From NCBI RefSeq assembly GCF_000009705.1, contig NC_003272.1, positions 3,450,001 through 3,482,000 on the forward strand: a stretch of DNA of 32,000 bases, in the 5' to 3' direction. The position numbers and the translations under genes are program-made. Shown here in pieces: positions 15,890-24,858 of this stretch (the first letter of the stretch is position 1; every line of letters begins with the position of its first letter). The notes beneath the pieces are model-generated. The model was not told where the DNA came from, made no database searches, and worked only from the letters and a program-made list of their open reading frames with translations. This DNA comes from Nostoc sp. PCC 7120 = FACHB-418. GTDB taxonomy: Bacteria; Cyanobacteriota; Cyanobacteriia; Cyanobacteriales; Nostocaceae.

Positions 15890-16731
15890 TGCACAAGTTC
15901 CTCCAAGGTAGGAAACAATAGTTTTTCTGCCTGCTGACGGTCTACACAAACTTCTGATTGTGGAGGACACATACAGGCAATATCGCTAATATCGGCTATT
16001 TGACCCCGTAGACACTGCACGCTTTGAATCAACAAATAAGCGGCAAAACTAGCTATTAACATTGCTACAACCAAGCTGATCACACCATCAGCCCAAGTCC
16101 AGTTCAGCCAGATAATAGCGATCGCTGCTAACACTGCGCCAACAGAACTGGCTAAATCTGCTATCAGATGCAGCAATGCACCTCTAATATTGAGGTCTTT
16201 ATGGCTACATTTGTGTAGACACAGAGCATTAAAACTGTTAACTCCCACACCTATTAATGCAGTTGTTAACATCGGTACACCCAGAATCTCTGTGGTTGGA
16301 GATTGCAAGCGTACTAAGGCTTCTCTCACTATCCAACAAGCAATACAAGCTAAACTAATACCGTTGATTAAGGCTGCTAAAACTTCTAATTTGTAGCGCC
16401 CAAATATAGTTCGCTGGGATATTGATTGAGATAGCCAAGAGGCAATTAGTGCCAAGCCTAATGCTGCTACATCTGAAAGAATGTGTTCTGCATCTGCTAA
16501 CAGGGACAGACTGTGGCTCCAGATTCCTGCACTAAGTTCTATGCAAAAAAAGACACTGAGTAATACTAGTGCAGTCCACAGCGCCCGGATATTTTGCTTA
16601 ACCTGGCTTGTGTGCATTGAATCTAAACTCAGGTCACGATTGGGAGTTATCTCGGATACCGAGCCACCCACCAGATGCTGTGGTGCTGAAAGCATCATTT
16701 TCGATACCTGAACATTTGTACATTCCTGCAT
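15886..16731 (-). CDS. Cation diffusion facilitator (CzcD/ZitB-like) divalent metal exporter
   Basis: It has the TM2 motif SLSLLADAEHILSD and the TM5 motif ALLHLIADLASSVG, which together form the HD-HD metal site A. It has six TMs. The start is uncertain; alternative ATGs are at 16695 and 16617 (MHTSQVKQNIRAL...). Confidence 0.8.
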   Translation of the reverse strand: MQECTNVQVSKMMLSAPQHLVGGSVSEITPNRDLSLDSMHTSQVKQNIRALWTALVLLSVFFCIELSAGIWSHSLSLLADAEHILSDVAALGLALIASWLSQSISQRTIFGRYKLEVLAALINGISLACIACWIVREALVRLQSPTTEILGVPMLTTALIGVGVNSFNALCLHKCSHKDLNIRGALLHLIADLASSVGAVLAAIAIIWLNWTWADGVISLVVAMLIASFAAYLLIQSVQCLRGQIADISDIACMCPPQSEVCVDRQQAEKLLFPTLEELVQ

Positions 16732-16989
16732 TAATGTATCAGCCCTAAGGTTAATGATTTTATAATTAAGGTTTAATATTAAGTAAAATTCAGTCTGAGA
16801 CTGGGTTCTACAAGAATGGTTATCATTTGCTTTTATTAATTACTTTCTATTTATAGTAATAAGTACTTACACGTAGCGTCTCTGACAGGAGAAGGGTATT
16901 TTGAATTGGTATTAGATGAATATATAGCTGTCGCCAGTAGTGTTAGGACATTAATAGATGATACAACCTAGACACAACAAGACTTTTCA

Positions 16990-17015
16990 CCCAGTCCCTA
17001 GTCCCCAGTCCCCAG
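16990..17015. repeat. Short STRR1-type array (CCCCAGT variants, about 3.5 units)
   Basis: The sequence is cccagt ccctagt ccccagt ccccag. Confidence 0.8.
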
Positions 17016-17043
17016 CTATATCGCCAGAATCAGCCGGAATCTC

Positions 17044-17069
17044 AAAAAATAAGGTGGGCATTGCCCACC
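17044..17069 (-). terminator. Intrinsic terminator of guaA
   Basis: On the - strand the sequence is GGTGGGCAATGCCCACC (8-bp GC-rich stem) followed by TTATTTTTTG, 25 nt after the guaA stop codon. Confidence 0.7.
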
Positions 17070-17093
17070 CTACCTAATACTCTAAAATTGCTA

Positions 17094-18716
17094 TTATTCC
17101 CACTCAATGGTTCCGGGTGGCTTGGAAGTAATATCAAACACCACGCGGTTAACGCCTTTAACTTCGTTGACAATGCGGTTAGAAATTGCTTCTAAAACAT
17201 CGTAAGGTACACGCGCCCAATCTGCTGTCATGCCATCTTCGCTCTTGACAATGCGTAAGACGATAGGATAAGCATAGGTGCGTTGATCACCCATTACGCC
17301 CACACTGCGGATAGGTAGTAAAACTGCGAATGCTTGCCAATATTCATTGTATAAACCGCGTTGGTTAATTTCTTGGCGCACAATCAAATCAGCATCGCGG
17401 AGAATGTTCAATCTGTCGGCGGTGACTTCACCCAAAATCCGAATAGCTAAACCAGGGCCAGGAAATGGCTGGCGTTGAACAATCTCTTCTGGTAAACCAA
17501 CAGACCGCCCTACTTTACGGACTTCATCTTTAAACAGTTTCCGCAGGGGTTCAACTAGTTTAAATCTCAAGTCTTTGGGTAAGCCGCCAACGTTGTGATG
17601 GCTTTTGATTTTTACCGCTACCCGTTCCCCAGTTTGGGGGTCAACATTGGTATCAGCCGATTCAATGACATCTGGGTAAAGAGTCCCTTGTGCTAGATAG
17701 TCAAAGGGGCCCAGATTTTTAGATGTTTCTTCAAATACCTGGATGAATTCATGTCCAATGCGACGACGTTTTTCTTCTGGGTCTGTCACACCTGACATGA
17801 TATCTAAGAAGCGATCGCGGGCGTTAACATATTCAACAGGGATATGAAACTGCTCCTGAAATAGTTTCACCAACCTTTCTGGCTCATACTTCCGCATAAA
17901 GCCTTGGTCGATAAATACACAAGTCAATTGGTCGCCGATGGCTTTGTGCATCAAGAAAGCCAGGGTAGAAGAATCGACTCCTCCCGAAAGCGCCAATAGT
18001 ACTCGCTTGTCACCAACTTTAGCCCGGACTTCCCGAATAGCTTCTTCCACAAAAGCAGCCGTCGTCCAGGTGGGTTCACACTCACAAATGTGATAAACAA
18101 AGTTGCGAATTAATGCCAAACCACCAACGGAATGGACTACTTCTGGATGGAACTGCACGCCATAAAGCTTTTTCTCGTGGTCAGCAACAGCAGCACAGGG
18201 AGTATTATCTGTATGTGCCAACACTTCAAACCCTGGGGGCATTTTTGTGACTGAATCACCATGACTCATCCACATTGTTGTGCCATCTTCAACGTTGGTC
18301 AGTAAATCGGTGGGATCATCAATGTGTAATGATGCTTTCCCATACTCACCCCGGTCAGCTTTGGCTACTTCGCCACCGAGTTGGTTGACCATCAGCTGCA
18401 TTCCGTAGCAGACACCCAAAATGGGGACTCCCAAATTCCAGATTTCTGGGTCACAATGGGGAGCGCGATCGCTATAAACTGAACTGGGGCCACCAGAAAG
18501 AATAATTCCCTTGGGATTGAGTTGGCGTAAATGTTCAGCAGGGGTGCGATAAGACAAAACTTCAGAGTATACTTGAGTCTCGCGGATGCGTCGGGCAATC
18601 AGTTCTGAATACTGAGAGCCGAAGTCTAATATGATAATGATTTGACGCTCAAGCTGCCCAAACTCTTCTATTGGTTGAGGGGCTTGTTCGGTTAGTAGAG
18701 TCACCGCTGTATTCAT
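17094..18716 (-). CDS. guaA: GMP synthase (glutamine-hydrolysing)
   Basis: It is 540 aa. The N-terminal class-I amidotransferase has GVCYGMQL (Cys nucleophile) and FHPEV. The ATP-PPase P-loop is SGGVDSS. The C-terminus is the canonical PPGTIEWE. Confidence 0.97.
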   Translation of the reverse strand: MNTAVTLLTEQAPQPIEEFGQLERQIIIILDFGSQYSELIARRIRETQVYSEVLSYRTPAEHLRQLNPKGIILSGGPSSVYSDRAPHCDPEIWNLGVPILGVCYGMQLMVNQLGGEVAKADRGEYGKASLHIDDPTDLLTNVEDGTTMWMSHGDSVTKMPPGFEVLAHTDNTPCAAVADHEKKLYGVQFHPEVVHSVGGLALIRNFVYHICECEPTWTTAAFVEEAIREVRAKVGDKRVLLALSGGVDSSTLAFLMHKAIGDQLTCVFIDQGFMRKYEPERLVKLFQEQFHIPVEYVNARDRFLDIMSGVTDPEEKRRRIGHEFIQVFEETSKNLGPFDYLAQGTLYPDVIESADTNVDPQTGERVAVKIKSHHNVGGLPKDLRFKLVEPLRKLFKDEVRKVGRSVGLPEEIVQRQPFPGPGLAIRILGEVTADRLNILRDADLIVRQEINQRGLYNEYWQAFAVLLPIRSVGVMGDQRTYAYPIVLRIVKSEDGMTADWARVPYDVLEAISNRIVNEVKGVNRVVFDITSKPPGTIEWE

Positions 18717-18943
18717 AAATGGCGAAAGTGTGAGTCTGGTAGTAGATGGTTATTTTGGGTTCTGAACATAAACACCATTTTTCAGCTTGTTTAGACTGAT
18801 AAATGGTGAGTTAATCCGTGACAAACGCTAGGTAGAATGCGTTTGTTTTGCCACTAAGGGATTTTATTAAACTGTATAAATTACACTAAGACCACTACTG
18901 AAAAAGATATTTATGGGGATTATTTATGATTATTCATAATAAA

Positions 18944-20056
18944 TTAACATAAATTTCCCATTAAGTTACAAGCAGTTTTGCTCTTCACGATAATTTTGCG
19001 ATCGCGGTCAAAGAGAATTGAGCCGCAGATTGTGGCTGCTGTGCCTCTGCTGCTATGGCTTTGCATATATTCTTGGCAACGAGAATCGATGGTTTCGGCG
19101 ATCGCACTATAAACTTGATTTACCCAATCATTACCTGTGGAAATATCTAACGCTTTTAAGTGCTTGAGTGCAGCTTCAGCCGTAGGAGAGTGAAACACTA
19201 TTTCTATATCTTGTTTACTTAAACCCGCCAAAGCACAGTGTGTTGCCAAAACTTCTCGTCGTCCATCAGCCAAGTGATGGTGGGTGTGAAAAATGCCCCC
19301 GGCTAGTTTCATTAACTTACCGTGATAGCCAAACAATAAGATTTCCTTAACACCCAAGGCATCAGCTTCTACCAACATCGGCCCTAACCAATTAGCAGTT
19401 TTTACTAATTTCTCAGCATTAATACCGATTTTTCGCGCTAAATCTAAACCATTCTCGCCAATGCAAAATACCAGACTCTCATACAAACTAGCTTTGTGTT
19501 GTAACTCACTGCGAAACGCATCTAATTGATCTGGTGAACTCAAAGGTTGAGAAATACCCGTGGTTCCTAGTAGGGATAATCCCTCGACAACCCCAAAGGC
19601 GGAATTAGAAGTCCGCACAGCGAGCGATCGCCCCTCCGGTAAGATGATAGTGACAATAATGCTTTCCTCTGGGGCTAATAATCGAGTTAAGTTGGCTTGC
19701 AACAATCTTTGAGCATAACTATAAATAGCTGCTTGGTTATCAGCGTTAACTTGCTTACCAATCCCTTCCCCACCCTTGATAGTTACCTGTTCACCCCCAG
19801 TTTTCCCCCATTCCACCACAGCCCAAATCGGGGTATTTTTAGTCAAGTCAAGATTATCACCCGGATCACTGCGGGTAATTGCCAAAGCCATATTTGCTGA
19901 TAGTCCAGCTACCTGCTCAATAGGTACTTCGGCGATTTGTGCAGGCTCAATTAAATCTACCAATGCAACTTGTATAGACTGACGCTGACGTAACCAGTGT
20001 AAAGCTGCGATCGCACCAGCACAAGCAAAAACAGGTAAAGTATATCCGCTACGCAT
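18944..20056 (-). CDS. cbiD: Cobalt-precorrin-5B (C1)-methyltransferase CbiD
   Basis: It is 370 aa with a CbiD-like N-terminus MRSGYTLPVFACAGAIAAL and internal GLSLLGTTGI and GYHGKL(M)KLAGGIFHTHH motifs. Recognition is from memory of the family. Confidence 0.75.
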   Translation of the reverse strand: MRSGYTLPVFACAGAIAALHWLRQRQSIQVALVDLIEPAQIAEVPIEQVAGLSANMALAITRSDPGDNLDLTKNTPIWAVVEWGKTGGEQVTIKGGEGIGKQVNADNQAAIYSYAQRLLQANLTRLLAPEESIIVTIILPEGRSLAVRTSNSAFGVVEGLSLLGTTGISQPLSSPDQLDAFRSELQHKASLYESLVFCIGENGLDLARKIGINAEKLVKTANWLGPMLVEADALGVKEILLFGYHGKLMKLAGGIFHTHHHLADGRREVLATHCALAGLSKQDIEIVFHSPTAEAALKHLKALDISTGNDWVNQVYSAIAETIDSRCQEYMQSHSSRGTAATICGSILFDRDRKIIVKSKTACNLMGNLC

Positions 20057-20092
20057 TAGTTGTCAGTTGTCACTAGTTCTTTCCCCAGCCTC

Positions 20093-20389
20093 CTAAACAC
20101 CCACTTCCGTGAGAACATTTTCCATCGCTTCCCAGGAGATATCACGTTGGATATAACGGGGAGATTCAGGACTATAAGGGCTGGCTATGCGATCTACACT
20201 AATAACTCTTGCCTCATCTGGAATTACTGGGACATCGGGATCAAATGCAGTGGGACGCATCAATGAACTAGAAAAACCTTTGAAGATGGCTATTTTGTCT
20301 TGTTCATCAGCGATTTCCACCGTTACTAATAAAACCTCTTGTGGACGTTTGGTGGTGTATTGTTCTAGCCGCTTGCCAATAGAATTCAT
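20093..20389 (-). CDS. Conserved hypothetical protein (98 aa)
   Basis: It is an intact ORF with cyanobacterial codon usage, 37 nt upstream of cbiD on the same strand. I cannot name a family with confidence. Confidence 0.55.
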   Translation of the reverse strand: MNSIGKRLEQYTTKRPQEVLLVTVEIADEQDKIAIFKGFSSSLMRPTAFDPDVPVIPDEARVISVDRIASPYSPESPRYIQRDISWEAMENVLTEVGV

Positions 20390-20429
20390 TTTGAAAGCTG
20401 GAAATTTAGAACTGAAGCGCAGTGAGAGT

Positions 20430-21023
20430 TTACTGTGGTGTAGCCGAGCGTCCCTGCTTGCCCAGCTTTACGACGACAAAGTAGCTTAAATATAATACAT
20501 AAATAACTAGACAAACTATACCTAAGAAGCCTAAGAAACCGGGTTTACTATTGTGATGAAAATAATCTTTAAACAGTAAGGGAGCTTCTAACCAGACACT
20601 GCAAGTGGGATTTTGTCCAACATTGCTAGAAAAAGCACAACCCAAAAAAGGTACGAAGGCTATAGTTCCTATAAGAGAATAAACGGTGACAGCCCAGCGC
20701 CAAGAAGTAAAAGCGAGTTTTAACACTCCACTGGGTTGATACTCAATTTCATCGTTGATGTCCACCCAAAACCACAGGGAAATCGGAATGAGGATTTGTC
20801 CTATTAACCCAGAGATAAAACTAACTGGATATTGGGCAATCATTAAGTAGATGGTGATGGCTAGTAGGCTAGAAACTCGCCAATAAATCATTAATAGCTT
20901 TTGTATTGCTTCTGCTTGTTGAGCATAAGCCCAAATTAACAGAACTATCGGCACAATCATCAGAAATAACACTGCTAGTCGGTAATCAATCCAGACTAAC
21001 TGGCGCAATACGTTGTTTGGCAT
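20430..21023 (-). CDS. Hypothetical integral membrane protein (197 aa, about 5-6 TM)
   Basis: It has hydrophobic segments throughout (LAVLFLMIVPIVLLIWA, LLAITIYLMIAQYPVSFISGLIGQILIPISLWFWV, and others). It lies 41 nt upstream of the 98-aa ORF on the same strand. Confidence 0.6.
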   Translation of the reverse strand: MPNNVLRQLVWIDYRLAVLFLMIVPIVLLIWAYAQQAEAIQKLLMIYWRVSSLLAITIYLMIAQYPVSFISGLIGQILIPISLWFWVDINDEIEYQPSGVLKLAFTSWRWAVTVYSLIGTIAFVPFLGCAFSSNVGQNPTCSVWLEAPLLFKDYFHHNSKPGFLGFLGIVCLVIYVLYLSYFVVVKLGKQGRSATPQ

Positions 21024-21343
21024 AGTTAATTGTCAGTTTTTAAGAATAGGGACTAGGAATAAGGAGTGAAGGATATTTTAAGTTAGAAATACTTTTGATG
21101 ATTTTGTTGTCACCATGTCCGAGTGTAAAAAAACAAGCAACTGAAAGAATCTCAGCGCCAATATTTTGCACCTACTGTAGCAAATTGCTCTGAGAAGTAT
21201 CTCATTTACAACTAGCTCAACCAGCTTAAACTTGTCTAAGTTTCAAGGAGATGGGCTGCAAAAGCCTCATAAACAGAGGTGAAAACTACTGAATTACAGG
21301 ATTCTGGTTGCTTGTCTGCCGAAAAAGTTCACAAACTTAATTG

Positions 21344-21580
21344 TTATTCATCGTAAACACGGCACTCAGCAGCTTCTGGATTATCGTCACAGTACTGTTC
21401 TAGAGAATTTTTCTTTTTGTCTTGGCGTTGGTGGGAGGCTTCTGCTTGCAGTTCTTCAACTGCATCCCACGCCGCAGCACACTCGGCTGAGTTGCTACCT
21501 GAGATATCGCAAACGGCACGCGCTTGTTCTACTTCTTCCTGGATTTGGTCTTGAATGTCTTTTGATTGAGTGTCGGTCAT
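21344..21580 (-). CDS. cp12: CP12, redox-regulated Calvin-cycle (GAPDH/PRK) complex protein
   Basis: The 78-aa version starts at ATG 21580 (MTDTQSKDIQ...). It has both Cys pairs (C-x7-C as CDISGSNSAEC, and CDDNPEAAEC), the core AWDAVEEL, and the C-terminal YDE. The track's 25-aa N-terminal extension is AT-rich and unlikely to be translated. Confidence 0.9.
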   Translation of the reverse strand: MTDTQSKDIQDQIQEEVEQARAVCDISGSNSAECAAAWDAVEELQAEASHQRQDKKKNSLEQYCDDNPEAAECRVYDE

Positions 21581-21773
21581 TGCTTTAGTCTCGTTGTGTG
21601 TTGATAATAACAGTATAGAAAAGTTGCAAAAATTGCTATTTTTTTGTTCTATCAATCACCATTCTACCTAATGAGCTGCATCAGCTAGTTGGGTACCTTG
21701 ATGTATCGATTAAAATTACCGCCAACTGTAGCATTTATTTTAAGATTTTAGAAAATGGTAACGAAGTAAATTA

Positions 21774-21950
21774 GGACTTACGCAAACAGGTTATCTGTGG
21801 AGACCGGGTGTAAGGGTTTAAGGGGACAGGGGTGTAAGGGTGTAAGGGTGTAAGGGTTTCAAAAATTTATACCCCTATACCCCTATACCCCTATACCCCT
21901 ATACCCCTATACCCCTATACCCTTATCCAAACCTTTTCATGCGTAAGTCC
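21774..21950. repeat. Inverted-repeat-flanked element carrying two octamer tandem arrays
   Basis: It has 11-bp perfect terminal inverted repeats, ggacttacgca (21774-21784) and tgcgtaagtcc (21940-21950). Inside are three tandem GGTGTAAG units (21831-21854, plus one more at 21808), and six ACCCCTAT units plus one variant (21871-21926). Confidence 0.85.
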
Positions 21951-22109
21951 TATAAATAAAATGTGGAAGTAGGGGAGATGAAGAAGATCAGGGAGATGTG
22001 GCGATAGTTTCCACGGGGTGAGAGAATAAAAATTACTTGTCCTAACTCTTACTCATCACTGATAACTCAGACAACAACCAACCACAACAGAAAAAGAAGC
22101 CCAAAATTC

Positions 22110-23330
22110 ATGGCAGACCGAATGCAGTGGGCAAATGCCCTATCAACCCGCCCTTCTTTAGAAGCAGCTGTTACAGATGTAGTACAACGGGCTGTCTCGA
22201 CCTTAACAGCTCCTGCGGATTTGGGGTTAGTGTTCATTTCTTCTGCCTTTGCTAGTGAGTATTCTAGGGTGTTACCCCTGCTGGCTGAACAACTTTCTGT
22301 GCCAGTGATGATTGGCTGTAGTGGTGGTGGCGTGATTGGTACGGCTGCTAGTGGACAGACCCAAGAATTAGAAGCAGAAGCCGCCCTCAGCTTAACTTTG
22401 GCGCACCTACCAGGGGTGAATTTACAGGTTTTTCATGTTCTGGGAGAAGAGTTACCCGATTTAGATAGTCCTCCAGATACATGGATTAATTTGATTGGTG
22501 TGCCTCCATCGCCAACGCCGCATTTTATTTTGCTGTCTAGTGCTTTCTCTTCAGGAATTAACGATTTATTACAAGGACTAGATTTTGCTTACCCAGGGTC
22601 AGTAATTCTAGGTGGACAAGCTAGCGTCGGCGGGATGGGTGGTCGTCTAGCTTTGTTTTGTAATGGTAGCCTACACCGTGAGGGTACAGTGGGCTTGGCT
22701 TTGAGTGGCAATATAGTTTTAGAGCCGATTGTGGCGCAAGGATGCAGACCGATTGGTGAACCACTACAAGTAACTAAAGCTGAACGCAATATTATTCTGG
22801 AACTTGATGAGAAAGCGCCGCTAGTGGTGCTGCGAGATTTGATTGCTAGCTTGAGTGAACACGAACGAGCTTTGGCACAACATTCATTGTTTGTTGGCGT
22901 GGCAATGGATGAATTTAAGCTATCCTTGCAGCAAGGAGATTTCTTAATTCGGAGTATTTTGGGTGTAGATCCATCTGGAGGTGCGATCGCCATCGGTGAT
23001 CTTGTCCGTCCTGGTCAACGTCTACAATTCCACCTGCGAGATTCTCAAGCCTCCGCCGAAGAATTAGAATTTCTGTTAGAAAGGTATCAAACAAAAGCTG
23101 AATTTGACAACGCTGCTGTTGGTGCGTTGATGTTTTCCTGTGTAGGACGTGGTGAAGGACTCTACGGCAAACCTAATTTTGATTCTGAGCTATTCAAACG
23201 CTATATTCAAGATGTCCCGGTAGGTGGTTTTTTCTGCGGTGGTGAAATCGGCCCAGTCGGCGGCAGAACTTTTCTACATGGTTATACATCAGTATTTGGG
23301 ATTTGCCGAGAGTTGTCGGCAGAAGATTAA
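22110..23330 (+). CDS. FIST-domain (FIST_N + FIST_C) sensory protein with no recognisable output domain
   Basis: It is 406 aa. FIST-like landmarks are LVFISSAF, GCSGGGVIG, GGQASVG, FHLRD and ALMFSCVGRGEGLYG. The call is from memory of the family. Confidence 0.65.
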   Translation: MADRMQWANALSTRPSLEAAVTDVVQRAVSTLTAPADLGLVFISSAFASEYSRVLPLLAEQLSVPVMIGCSGGGVIGTAASGQTQELEAEAALSLTLAHLPGVNLQVFHVLGEELPDLDSPPDTWINLIGVPPSPTPHFILLSSAFSSGINDLLQGLDFAYPGSVILGGQASVGGMGGRLALFCNGSLHREGTVGLALSGNIVLEPIVAQGCRPIGEPLQVTKAERNIILELDEKAPLVVLRDLIASLSEHERALAQHSLFVGVAMDEFKLSLQQGDFLIRSILGVDPSGGAIAIGDLVRPGQRLQFHLRDSQASAEELEFLLERYQTKAEFDNAAVGALMFSCVGRGEGLYGKPNFDSELFKRYIQDVPVGGFFCGGEIGPVGGRTFLHGYTSVFGICRELSAED

Positions 23331-23354
23331 GGGACAAGTAAGAATTTGTATAGT

Positions 23355-23417
23355 CAACAGTCAACAGTCAACAGTCAACAGTCAAAGTAACTCTCCCCCC
23401 AATCCCCAATCCCCAAT
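23355..23417. repeat. Two adjacent STRR arrays: four CAACAGT units (STRR3) and three CCCCAAT units (STRR1)
   Basis: The CAACAGT units span 23355-23382 and the CCCCAAT units span 23397-23417. Together they fill most of the 93-nt gap between convergent genes. Confidence 0.9.
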
Positions 23418-23423
23418 CCTAGT

Positions 23424-24539
23424 TTATTTCCCAATTTTGTCTAACAATAGGGTGCTGTTGTTATCAATCATGGTGGGGGTACCAGTGTGGGCGATCGCAC
23501 TATAGGTTTGAATATAGCGGCGTACTTGTTGCGGGAATTGGGGGTAGTCCAATACTGCATCCCCATCGGCGATTGTTGCCCAAAAGTCCCGCAAGCTGGG
23601 AGCTAGTTCTTGTGCCTGGGCTAATGGTAAATTTAATGGTGATAGAGTAAGTAGTTTTACTAGGAAAGGAAAAGAGCGATCGCCCATCCAATCTCGTGAT
23701 AATTGTTGTAAATTGGGAAACTCTGGGACTGATTCCACCCGATGAGAGAGAATTTGCAACCATTCCTGACCCTGCTGATCACGATGAAACTCTAAAACTC
23801 TGTAGGGGTGAGGATAGCTGACTAAAGAACCTGTGGTAATATCATATACACCTTCAGCACAAGCAACATCTTGGACGTGTAGGTGGCCTGTAAATACTAA
23901 TTTGACCCCATAGCGTTGCAATAGCCGCACTAACTCTGGTGCATTTTCCAACATATAGCGAGATGCCATTGGGTGGCGAGATTGATGGGGCAAATGTTCA
24001 ACTACATTATGATGCACCATCACTAACACCAGTTCATCAACTGCTGCTGCTAATACTTCTTCTAACCATTGGAATTGTTGGGCATCTAAACGCCCTACTT
24101 GCTGGCCTTGTTCGTTAAAAAAGTTAGAATTTAGACCAATTAATCTTACTCCAGGTAATAATTGTTGAGTGTAGTAAAGTTGCTCAGTGTTGTCATAACC
24201 AAACTGACGATAATACTGGGGAAAATCAGCACAAGCGATCGATTGCTCATTGGCCATGACTACAGGAACATCATGGTTACCAGGGACAACATAAGTAGGA
24301 AAAGGTAGTTTAGATAATCTTTCTTGTAACCATCTATGGTTTTCTGGTTCACCGTGCTGGGTCAAATCTCCAGGGAGCAGAAGAAAATCTAAATTAAGTT
24401 TTGTTAAATGTTTGATGGCACTTTCAAAAGCGGGAATACCCACTTCTACCAAATGAAATCGGCTAGGATGATCCCAGATTGTGTGAGGAAGCGCGATGTG
24501 TAAGTCGCTGACTACAGCAAAGCGAAAATTTAGCACCAT
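23424..24539 (-). CDS. Calcineurin-like metallophosphoesterase
   Basis: The motifs occur in the expected order: VVSDLHI, PGDLTQHGE, VPGNHD, VMVHHN, FTGHLH. Confidence 0.85.
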   Translation of the reverse strand: MVLNFRFAVVSDLHIALPHTIWDHPSRFHLVEVGIPAFESAIKHLTKLNLDFLLLPGDLTQHGEPENHRWLQERLSKLPFPTYVVPGNHDVPVVMANEQSIACADFPQYYRQFGYDNTEQLYYTQQLLPGVRLIGLNSNFFNEQGQQVGRLDAQQFQWLEEVLAAAVDELVLVMVHHNVVEHLPHQSRHPMASRYMLENAPELVRLLQRYGVKLVFTGHLHVQDVACAEGVYDITTGSLVSYPHPYRVLEFHRDQQGQEWLQILSHRVESVPEFPNLQQLSRDWMGDRSFPFLVKLLTLSPLNLPLAQAQELAPSLRDFWATIADGDAVLDYPQFPQQVRRYIQTYSAIAHTGTPTMIDNNSTLLLDKIGK

Positions 24540-24858
24540 TGATTTCCAAAAGTGATTAAAAACAGTAATTTAAGCAGGTCTTTTCCACAAAGTATAACCT
24601 TTGCTTCGTGAACCTGCTTAAGAACTACTTGTCTTAATATTTGTACAAACGGATAAAATTATCGCTTTTTCAGTGAGTCTCTTGCTTAAATCCTCAGTCT
24701 GATTTTGATCCCTTATGGTTTCTATCAATTTATAATTCAGAATTTGCAATTCTTAACTAAGATTTTGTTCCTTAGTGATCACATAGACTTTCTCGATGAA
24801 CAAAGTATTGAGTGATGAGTAAAAAGTGTTGAGTCCTTAATTACGAATTGCGAATTAG

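Noticed and set aside
15890-15970. This is the N-terminal extension of the small ORF (the track version is 15686-15970).
   Set aside because: It would overlap the CDF coding sequence by 85 nt. The ATGA stop/start overlap at 15886-15889 gives a cleaner, coupled start.
16190-16711. These are plus-strand ORFs opposite the CDF gene (16190-16396, 16481-16711).
   Set aside because: They are antisense shadows with no motifs.
18717-18943. This is a possible riboswitch or attenuator in the cbiD-guaA spacer. Two hairpins are present on the - strand: acaaacgc/gcgtttgt and caccattt/aaatggtg followed by a T-run.
   Set aside because: I cannot recognise a purine, cobalamin or other riboswitch consensus. 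The stems are short and AT-rich. At most they form a weak terminator for cbiD.
18392-20489. These are ORFs nested in or opposite guaA, cbiD and the 98-aa gene (18392-18598, 19697-19900, 19776-19982, 20060-20266, 20187-20489).
   Set aside because: They overlap strongly supported genes on the other strand or in another frame. Their composition is not protein-like.
21581-21655. This is the 25-codon N-terminal extension of CP12 in the track.
   Set aside because: It is an AT-rich hydrophobic stretch not found in CP12 proteins. The canonical CP12 length is reached from ATG 21580.
22589-23763. This covers a 134-aa antisense ORF in the FIST gene (22589-22993), and ORFs 23224-23505 and 23500-23763.
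   Set aside because: They are shadows of GC-richer coding regions or run through STRR arrays. They have no motifs.
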